A stretch of 64,000 bases of DNA, taken from NCBI GenBank assembly GCA_043747615.1, contig JAYTOU010000035.1, positions 1 through 64,000 on the forward strand. Reading direction: 5' to 3'. Positions 1 through 6,789 of this stretch are shown here, piece after piece; within the stretch, counting starts at the first letter, position 1; each line of letters starts with the position of its first letter. A model generated the notes under the pieces. It ran no database searches. It was not told the DNA's origin and saw nothing but the letters and a program-made list of their open reading frames with translations. The position numbers and the translations under genes were made by a program. Source of the stretch: Myxococcales bacterium. Its GTDB lineage: Bacteria; Myxococcota_A; Polyangia; Polyangiales; Polyangiaceae.

Positions 1-850
1 CCAGATGATCAGCGGACAGATCATCGACCACTTTCGTTCGATCTCGGAAGGTTCACCGTCGCCCCATGAGCCCGAGATCGGGTACGCCGACTTTACGGCT
101 TGGGAACGAACCTGGTTCGAGGAGCACGGCCGCGACGAGGTGCTCGCGGTGAGGAAGAGACTCGACGGGGCGAAACCGATCGAGATTGCCGACCGGTCTC
201 GGACGGGTCCCGTATCGCCGGAAGCGATAGACGATTGGTTCACGCTCGATGCGCAGACGTCCGCACGCCTGGACGCGTATTCACAATCGATGAAGGTCTC
301 CCCTTTTACGATCTTCGTGGCGCTCGCGGCGTCGCTGCTCTCGCGGTGGTCAGGGAGCGACGACGTCACGTTCGTCACCTCCATCAATCTGCGGAACGTA
401 CGCGCAGATTTCGAACGTCTCGTCGGTCGCTTCGGCAACTGGATCCCCATCCGCGTCTCGACCGCCGGCGATCCGTCCTTCTCCGAGCTCGTCGCGCGTG
501 CTCGAGAGGCGGTGATCGACGCGCATTCGCAGGAGGCGGCACCGGCCGTTCGCGTGTTCGACACGGCCCACGTTTTCGATCACCCGCTTTGCCGCGTGGT
601 CCTCAACGTGCCCGTCATCGGAGGCAGCTCCGAGCGTGCCTCGACGAGCGTCGGAGACGTGACGATCACCAGCGGACCGATTCGTGGGCGCTCCGGAGCA
701 CGGAACGATCTCGCAATCGCCATGGGCACGGTCGACGGACGAATGTTCGTCGGCTTGCGTGGCGCCAAAGAGCTCTTTCACGACGACACGATCGCACGTC
801 GCAGGCTGGAGCTTTGCGCGCTGATCGAGAGCTCACTTCCGCGGAAATGA
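1..850 (+). CDS. NRPS condensation-domain protein, C-terminal part (5' end outside window)
   Basis: C-domain signatures GYADFTAWER, LLSRWSGSDDV, LVGRFGNWIPIRV and PSFSELVARARE. The frame is open from the window edge and stops without a following A domain. Confidence 0.8.
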   Translation, partial: QMISGQIIDHFRSISEGSPSPHEPEIGYADFTAWERTWFEEHGRDEVLAVRKRLDGAKPIEIADRSRTGPVSPEAIDDWFTLDAQTSARLDAYSQSMKVSPFTIFVALAASLLSRWSGSDDVTFVTSINLRNVRADFERLVGRFGNWIPIRVSTAGDPSFSELVARAREAVIDAHSQEAAPAVRVFDTAHVFDHPLCRVVLNVPVIGGSSERASTSVGDVTITSGPIRGRSGARNDLAIAMGTVDGRMFVGLRGAKELFHDDTIARRRLELCALIESSLPRK

Positions 851-945
851 CGGCGCTATCGAAATACCGTTTGACGACTGAGTGGCGAGCCGCTTAGCTA
901 AATTGAACCACCGGGGCCGCAAAATCTCGCGGGATCCACGCCAAG

Positions 946-955
946 ATGCAAATCG
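946..955 (+). repeat. 10-bp direct repeat ATGCAAATCG, left copy
   Basis: Identical to 4598..4607; lies 3 bp before the ATG at 959. Confidence 0.7.
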
Positions 956-958
956 TCA

Positions 959-2305
959 ATGCCAGTTGACTCGTTGTTCGCTCGCATGGGCGAGGATCTG
1001 GGTAAGCCCGCGATCCTGGGTGACTCGGAGCGAGTAACGTATGGCTCGCTGCTCGATCACGTTTCCAACTGGGACACCCGCTTGAAGGAAGCGGGGGTGG
1101 CCCGCGGGGCGATCGTCGGGATGACGGGGGAGTATTCCGCCGAATCTGTTTCGTTGTTTCTCGCGCTCCTTCGCGTGGGCGCAGTGGCTGTCATCGTTGG
1201 TGGAACCGACACCCAGAACGACGAGAACCTGCAGGTCGCCGAGGCGCAGTGGTTTGCGTCAGCGTCCATGGCGAAGGGTTGGAGCATCGAGCCTCGGGCA
1301 CCTGGTCCACCGATCAACCCAGTCACGATCGACTTCCTAGGTAAGGCGCGACCAGGGCTGGTCATTTTTTCTTCGGGCTCGACTGGCCGTCCGAAGGGCT
1401 CTCTGTTCGATTGCCTCGCCCTCCTCAGTCGGTACACGCCGCGGCCTCCGATACGCATGCTCTCGTTCCTGCTGCTCGATCACATCGGGGGAATCAATAC
1501 TCTCTTTTACACCCTGACGAGCGGGGGCTCCGTAGTGACCACACAGAGCCGCGACCCAAGCGAGGTTTGCCGCATCATGGCCGAGCACAAGGTCGAGCTG
1601 CTGCCGGTCTCCCCTACGTTTCTCAAGATGATGCTGATTTCGGGCGCGCATACCCGCCACGATCTTTCGTCTCTCCGCATGATCACGTACGGCACCGAAG
1701 TCATGCCGGAGTCGGTTTTGCTGCAGCTTCGCGCCGCTCTGCCGAACGTGGAGCTCAAGCAAATGTATGGGACCACCGAGCTTGGAATTCTCCGCTCTCA
1801 GTCGCGGGAGTCGGGCTCGGTGTGGGTCCGACTGGGAGGCGAGGGCTACGAGACCAAGGTGCTGGACGGCATTCTGTGGGTCCGTTCCAAGACGTCGATG
1901 ATTGGGTATCTAAATGCCCCTTACCCGTTTGACAGCGAAGGCTGGATGAACACGCATGATCGGGTCGAGGTAGACGGCGAGTACCTGCGTGTCCTCGGGC
2001 GCGAGTCCAATCTCATCAACGTCGGCGGTGAGAAGGTCTACCCCGCCGCGGTAGAGAGCGTTCTTTTGACCATGCCAAACGTGGTGGATGCCACGGTGGT
2101 CGGTCGATCAAACCCCCTCACCGGAAAGATCGTCTCGGCTCGCCTCACCCTCGTAGACCACGAGGAGCCGAGTGCACTCTTGAAGCGGGTTCGGGAGTTT
2201 TGCGCTGGCAAGCTTTCCGCGTTTCAAATCCCGATGCACGTCGAAGTCGTTGGTCAACAGCCCGTAAGCCTTCGGTTCAAGAAGATTCGCGATACGACGA
2301 GTTGA
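959..2305 (+). CDS. AMP-binding acyl-CoA/acyl-ACP ligase
   Basis: ANL-superfamily motifs FSSGSTGRPKG, YGTTELG, GRESNLINVGGEKVYP. Confidence 0.9.
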   Translation: MPVDSLFARMGEDLGKPAILGDSERVTYGSLLDHVSNWDTRLKEAGVARGAIVGMTGEYSAESVSLFLALLRVGAVAVIVGGTDTQNDENLQVAEAQWFASASMAKGWSIEPRAPGPPINPVTIDFLGKARPGLVIFSSGSTGRPKGSLFDCLALLSRYTPRPPIRMLSFLLLDHIGGINTLFYTLTSGGSVVTTQSRDPSEVCRIMAEHKVELLPVSPTFLKMMLISGAHTRHDLSSLRMITYGTEVMPESVLLQLRAALPNVELKQMYGTTELGILRSQSRESGSVWVRLGGEGYETKVLDGILWVRSKTSMIGYLNAPYPFDSEGWMNTHDRVEVDGEYLRVLGRESNLINVGGEKVYPAAVESVLLTMPNVVDATVVGRSNPLTGKIVSARLTLVDHEEPSALLKRVREFCAGKLSAFQIPMHVEVVGQQPVSLRFKKIRDTTS

Positions 2306-2317
2306 GGAGACAAACGA

Positions 2318-3058
2318 ATGACGACTCCGCGCCCGGTAGCATTGATTAGCGGTGGAAGCCGAGGCCTCGGGGCCGACCTCGTGGAGCTGCTGTCGAAAGA
2401 GGGTTATGTCGTTGCGACCTATAGCCGCTCGGCGTCACCGTTCATTGATCAGATGTTGAAGAGCGACCCCGAGTCTCGTTCGTTTCACTGGGAGTCGATC
2501 GATAGTATGGACTTCGACGCAGTCGCCAAGTTCGCGCGTAAGGTCGCGAAGCGGTATGGCCGCATCGACGCACTGGTGAACAACGCCGCTGCGCTGACCG
2601 AGGGGCTTTTGCCGCTCATGAAGCCGGATGACATCCATCGTCTCATCGCGGTGAACCTGGAATCCACCATTCTCCTGACGCGCGCGGTCTCTCGGGTAAT
2701 GATTCATCAGCAGTCGGGATCCATCGTCAATATTTCTTCACTGAATGGCATTCGAGGATTTCGCGGTGTCTCGGTGTATGGCGCAACGAAAGCCGGTCTA
2801 GACGGCTTCACGAGAAGTCTTGCGCGGGAGCTGGGAGCAGCTGGGATTCGGGTGAACTCCGTCGCGCCCGGCTACTTTGATTCGGACATGACCTCCGGTC
2901 TCACCAAGGCACACGAAGAGACGATCAAAAAGCGAACGCCTCTCGCACGACTCGGGAAGGCCCGAGACGTCGCCGCAGTCGTGCAGTTCTTTCTCTCCGA
3001 GAGCGCCGCATTCGTAACGGGTCAAACCATCGTCGTCGACGGTGGGCTCACGTGCTGA
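2318..3058 (+). CDS. FabG-like SDR / 3-oxoacyl-ACP reductase
   Basis: SGGSRGLG, LVNNA, YGATK, VNSVAPG, GQTIVVDGG; GAGGAG RBS upstream. Confidence 0.9.
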   Translation: MTTPRPVALISGGSRGLGADLVELLSKEGYVVATYSRSASPFIDQMLKSDPESRSFHWESIDSMDFDAVAKFARKVAKRYGRIDALVNNAAALTEGLLPLMKPDDIHRLIAVNLESTILLTRAVSRVMIHQQSGSIVNISSLNGIRGFRGVSVYGATKAGLDGFTRSLARELGAAGIRVNSVAPGYFDSDMTSGLTKAHEETIKKRTPLARLGKARDVAAVVQFFLSESAAFVTGQTIVVDGGLTC

Positions 3059-4068
3059 GGCGGTCTTCGGAGCTCACGCTCAGCCACGTCGGGCTCGGTG
3101 TGCTGAATGAATATGCCGCCATGACTCTTTGTGGCGACCTCTTGAGCCGCCGTCTTACCGAAGGCACGACTAATACGGTTTTCGACGTGACGGACGCTAG
3201 TGGCAATCACCTCTATCCCGGTTTTTTTTCCACTCATCTGGTCGTGCCGGCTGAACACCCGCTCGACCAATATTCACTGTGGCGAGAGGTGTCGGTCGCG
3301 GTCGAAGCCGAGTCGTTCGGCGGAATGATCGTCGACTCCCGATTCGTCTTTTGCAATCCAGGGCAGACGCTCCAAGCCGCGGGCACCTTCGAAACTGGTG
3401 GTCTGCCGTACATGCGAAGCGGAACGCTGTGGGTCGTCGAAGGAAGCCGCGGAAGGCAGGCGGTGCCCGCAATTCCCAAGCGCGAGCTGGTTGCGAAGCT
3501 GCCGAAGCTGGTCGAGCCCCCGGCGTCGATTGGCAAGTTCGAGGCGGTGCAAGCCGCGGGCACGGTCGACCAAGAATTCGCGAGCCAGTTTCGACTACCG
3601 AAACCGCTTCGGTATGAATTGCATTCAGGGCGCGATATAGCCCCTGGACATGCCGTGATGTTCTCCACGTTCGTCTGGTTGCAGGAGCATGCCGAGCGAG
3701 AGCTGTTGTCGAAGCACCTCTGGCCGCCTCTCGAAACGGGCTTGTTGGCGTGTCTCCAACTGCGTGAACGGGAATCGTATTACATCGACAACACGTATGG
3801 CGATCGCGCAATAGAGATCAGCGCGAGAGCTCGAATCGAGCCATGCGATGCAGACGCGAGCTCGCCGAATGCGAAGCGGCACATTCCGATATGCCAAGTT
3901 ACCTTCGTGATCGAGATGTACGAAGAGCGTACCGGACGCCTGCTGTTCGCCTCGAAGGGTACGAAGGCGCTCGCAGTTCCTCCGGATCAAAAAGCGCTTT
4001 TGCGAAGCGCAGAACGAGTCTTGTTCCAGATGTCATCAAAGCAAAGGGAGATTGACGTAAATGGTTGA
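3052..4068 (+). CDS. LnmK/Pnap_2097-like double hot-dog fold biosynthetic protein (putative acyltransferase/decarboxylase)
   Basis: Segments LSHVGLGVLNEY..CGD, DASGNHLYPGFF, RYEL..GRDI....MFSTF and RESYYIDN resemble the two LnmK hot-dog halves as I recall them. Lies between a ketoreductase and two ACPs. Confidence 0.6.
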   Translation: MLRRSSELTLSHVGLGVLNEYAAMTLCGDLLSRRLTEGTTNTVFDVTDASGNHLYPGFFSTHLVVPAEHPLDQYSLWREVSVAVEAESFGGMIVDSRFVFCNPGQTLQAAGTFETGGLPYMRSGTLWVVEGSRGRQAVPAIPKRELVAKLPKLVEPPASIGKFEAVQAAGTVDQEFASQFRLPKPLRYELHSGRDIAPGHAVMFSTFVWLQEHAERELLSKHLWPPLETGLLACLQLRERESYYIDNTYGDRAIEISARARIEPCDADASSPNAKRHIPICQVTFVIEMYEERTGRLLFASKGTKALAVPPDQKALLRSAERVLFQMSSKQREIDVNG

Positions 4069-4318
4069 TGTGGTTCAGGCGGTGCGCGAGACGGTCCTAG
4101 ACATCGTGAAAAGAAAGTCTGCGAGCTGCACGGGGATAGAGCGCGATCAGCAATTGGTCGCCGACCTCGGCCTCAGCTCGATGGATTTCGCAGGACTGCT
4201 CGCCGCGCTCGAAATGAAGCTCGATCTCGATCCCTTTGCCGAGACCGTTTCGATCACGAGCATTCGCACCGTTGGGGATCTCTGTGATGCTTACGAGAAG
4301 TGCGCAGCGCTTCAATGA
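4061..4318 (+). CDS. acyl carrier protein 1
   Basis: 85 aa, acidic; DLGLSSMD phosphopantetheine-site motif; C-terminal IRTVGDL. Confidence 0.85.
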   Translation: MVDVVQAVRETVLDIVKRKSASCTGIERDQQLVADLGLSSMDFAGLLAALEMKLDLDPFAETVSITSIRTVGDLCDAYEKCAALQ

Positions 4319-4593
4319 CGGAGACGGTCTCGCCGGACCTCGAGACGATCCGCGCCACGCTCACGCGCGTCGGTCGGGCGGTGCTAAAGGCCGTGTCCTT
4401 CGGGGATGCTTCGACCAGCGCTGACCTCGGCTCGTGGACTTCTTTGCGGCACGTCCAGCTTCTGGCGGCGTTGGAGCGAGAATTCGACATTGAATTCACG
4501 CCGGAAGAAGCGCCTGCATTGACGTCGTTCGAGTCGCTATTGGCCGCCATCTGCGAGCGACTCGAGCCTCTGAGCGGGTCCGCGGGGGACTAA
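4315..4593 (+). CDS. acyl carrier protein 2 (WDSL-x-H type)
   Basis: WTSLRHVQLLAALEREFDIEF motif; ATGA overlap with the ACP1 stop. Confidence 0.85.
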   Translation: MTETVSPDLETIRATLTRVGRAVLKAVSFGDASTSADLGSWTSLRHVQLLAALEREFDIEFTPEEAPALTSFESLLAAICERLEPLSGSAGD

Positions 4594-4597
4594 CGAA

Positions 4598-4607
4598 ATG
4601 CAAATCG
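4598..4607 (+). repeat. 10-bp direct repeat ATGCAAATCG, right copy
   Basis: Identical to 946..955; lies 4 bp after the ACP2 stop. Confidence 0.7.
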
Positions 4608-4680
4608 CGTGTGGAACGTGTGGAAACTGCGGAGGAACGGTCCTCGTCGATGTGGACCGCGAAAGGCGCGTCGCGTGGGC

Positions 4681-4770
4681 CTGGGTGGCTCTGCCCGCTT
4701 CATCGAACAGGCCATCGAGACTCGCCTCGGGATCGTCGACGTCCCGATGGCCGGCGAGCTCCCCGGCTAG
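4681..4770 (+). pseudogene. 3' remnant of a hypothetical protein gene (ARFIEQAIETRLGIVDVPMAGELPG*)
   Basis: Host-like codons (ATC, GAG, CTC, GTC) in frame to TAG at 4768..4770; no convincing start. Confidence 0.35.
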
Positions 4771-4780
4771 TTACGCTGGC

Positions 4781-4817
4781 GAGAGCGGGGAACGCTACCC
4801 CGGCCCCCCCGCTTTTC
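4781..4817. terminator. GC-rich hairpin, possible bidirectional terminator between the cassette and tRNA-Ser
   Basis: GAGAGCGGGG...CCCCGCTTTTC inverted repeat with G-U pairs. Confidence 0.4.
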
Positions 4818-4831
4818 TAGGCAAACCTCAG

Positions 4832-4918
4832 CGGAGAGAAGGGGATTCGAACCCCTGGTACCATCGCTGGCACACCTGATTTCGAATCAGGCACCTTCGG
4901 CCACTCGGACATCTCTCC
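4832..4918 (-). tRNA. tRNA-Ser(CGA)
   Basis: Acceptor GGAGAGA/TCTCTCC + G discriminator; anticodon arm CCTGA-TT-CGA-AA-TCAGG; long variable arm; GTTCGAATC T-loop; CCA not encoded. Confidence 0.97.
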
Positions 4919-4927
4919 GCCGGCCAA

Positions 4928-4954
4928 ACTCTAGATCAGGCCTCTCTTTGTCAA
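4928..4954 (-). promoter_or_regulatory. putative sigma70 promoter for tRNA-Ser(CGA)
   Basis: Minus-strand TTGACA (4954..4949) and TAGAGT (4933..4928). The 15-bp spacer is short. Confidence 0.45.
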
Positions 4955-4981
4955 GACCGGCAGGTCAGCGAGCCCAAAATC

Positions 4982-5223
4982 ATGGGCGAAAGGTCGACCT
5001 CATCACCTTCCATCGCGCGCACGGACATTCAGGAATGCGGTTTCCGAGCGGGAAAACGCGCCGTTTTGCTCCGTCTTGGTGGCACGTCTCGGCGTACGGT
5101 GACTACGCCCTCGGCGTGGCACGCAGCCTTGGCCTGACCCGCGTCCTCGTGGAGCGTTCGCACCATCGCCCGGGGCCGGCGGACCATCGCCTGCGCGATC
5201 TGAACGAGCTCACGATCGGCTAA
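4982..5223 (+). pseudogene. internally deleted, frameshifted HAD-family hydrolase remnant
   Basis: KVDLITFH resembles degenerate HAD motif I and is joined after ~20 codons to a HAD-like C-terminus (WWHVSAYGDYALGVARSLGL...ADHRLRDLNEL). The ATG at 4982 is out of frame. Confidence 0.5.
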
Positions 5224-5229
5224 ACTTTG

Positions 5230-5316
5230 CGGAGAGAGAGAGATTCGAACTCTCGGTACCCTTGCGAGCACACTTGATTTCCAATCAAGCACCTTCGGCC
5301 ACTCGGTCATCTCTCC
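5230..5316 (-). tRNA. tRNA-Ser(GGA)
   Basis: Acceptor GGAGAGA/TCTCTCC + G; anticodon arm CTTGA-TT-GGA-AA-TCAAG; long variable arm; GTTCGAATC; CCA not encoded. Confidence 0.97.
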
Positions 5317-5417
5317 AGACGATTGGCACCTCTTACCACGTATGGAGGGTCCTTTGGACGTCTCCTGCACCGAAATTCGGTTGCGTCCGGCCGGGGAACG
5401 CCCATCTTTCGTCTCTT

Positions 5418-6782
5418 ATGAAGAATCCCCTGCGCTTCGCCGCTCTCGCGCTCTCCACGGGCGCGGTCTCCTCCCTTGCGTTCGGAGGCTGCGGTGGCGG
5501 GACAGTCGCCGAGTCAGGCGGATCCCCCGACGCAGGCACCATGGAGAGCTCGACACCGACCGCCGACGTGGACGCCTTATCGCCAGACGCGCCCGTCGCC
5601 ATGCCGACGCCGATCAAGCACGTCATCGTCCTCGTCAAAGAGAACCACACCTTCGACAACTACTTCGGCAGCTTTCCAGGCGCAGAAGGCGCGTCGCAGT
5701 GCCTCACGTCCACCGGAATGATCCCCTGTCCGCACGCGCCCGACAGAACGCCGCGCGACCTCTGCCACGCGCACGACTGCGCGATCACCGACTGGCACAA
5801 GGGCGCTATGGACGCGTGGGACTCGACGCCCGGCACTTCCAACGGCGGCGACAACCTCGCCTACGCGCAATACCACGAGAGCGACATCCCCAATTACTGG
5901 GCGTACGCGCGAAACTTCACCCTCGGAGATCACTTCTTCGCGAACGTGCTTGGCCCCAGCTTTCCTGGTCACATGGTGGTCCTTGCCGGGCAAGCAGGCT
6001 GGGCCACGGGCAACCCCAATACCGACATCACGCATCCGTTCTGGGGCTGCGATCAAACCGCCTCGACGCGGGTGCCCATTCTCGACAACGGATCGTGCAC
6101 GGCGCAAAGCGTCTTTCCGTGCTTCAAGATCCCGTCGGTGCCCGACATCCTTCCCGCGGGCGTCGACTGGAAATTCTACGGCTCGAATTTCTATTTCCTT
6201 CCGGAGGTATGGTCGATGTTCAACGGCATCGATTCCATCCGAAACACCCCGAGCAACTGGAGCAAGGTCGTGAAGACCTCGGAGTTCGACGCCGACGTCG
6301 CGAATCACACGCTCCCCGCGGTGAGCTGGCTCGTCAATCAAGACTTGAACGACGAGCATCCGAACATCGGCGGCGTCTGCGCGGGTGAAAACTGGACCGT
6401 GGGCGAGATCAACAAGATCATGCAGAGCGACTACTGGAAGGACACCGTCATCCTCTTCACCATGGATGACTTCGGCGGCTGGTACGACCACGTCGCGCCT
6501 CCTCGGCAGTACGGCTGCAACGGGGACAACCCCTACGGCCTCGGGTTTCGCTTGCCGCTCATCGTGATTTCTCCGTATGCAAAGCCGCACAACGTCTTCA
6601 AGGAAGTGGCGGAGCAAGCATCCATCCCGCACTTCATCGGCAAAATATTTGGCGCCAAGAAAACGCTTCACGATCTCGACCCCGCGGCGCAAGACGCTCA
6701 GGCCAACGATCTTATGAACGCCTTCGACTTCAGCCAAAAACCGCTCGATCCGCTGGTGTTGACCACGCGGACTTGTTTGTGA
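5418..6782 (+). CDS. phospholipase C / phosphoesterase family lipoprotein
   Basis: IKHVIVLVKENHTFDNYFG, GPSFPGH, DDFGGWYDHVAPP, GFRLPLIVISPYA; lipoprotein-like signal (FGGC). Start moved to ATG 5418 because the longer ORF overlaps the tRNA. Confidence 0.9.
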   Translation: MKNPLRFAALALSTGAVSSLAFGGCGGGTVAESGGSPDAGTMESSTPTADVDALSPDAPVAMPTPIKHVIVLVKENHTFDNYFGSFPGAEGASQCLTSTGMIPCPHAPDRTPRDLCHAHDCAITDWHKGAMDAWDSTPGTSNGGDNLAYAQYHESDIPNYWAYARNFTLGDHFFANVLGPSFPGHMVVLAGQAGWATGNPNTDITHPFWGCDQTASTRVPILDNGSCTAQSVFPCFKIPSVPDILPAGVDWKFYGSNFYFLPEVWSMFNGIDSIRNTPSNWSKVVKTSEFDADVANHTLPAVSWLVNQDLNDEHPNIGGVCAGENWTVGEINKIMQSDYWKDTVILFTMDDFGGWYDHVAPPRQYGCNGDNPYGLGFRLPLIVISPYAKPHNVFKEVAEQASIPHFIGKIFGAKKTLHDLDPAAQDAQANDLMNAFDFSQKPLDPLVLTTRTCL

Positions 6783-6789
6783 AAACCCC

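Noticed and set aside
4598..4879. ORF MQIACGTCGNCGG with a zinc-ribbon-like start
   Set aside because: It begins inside the direct repeat and runs antisense into tRNA-Ser; no coherent family signal.
5262..5417. N-terminal extension of the phospholipase C ORF
   Set aside because: It overlaps tRNA-Ser(GGA); the signal peptide begins at ATG 5418.
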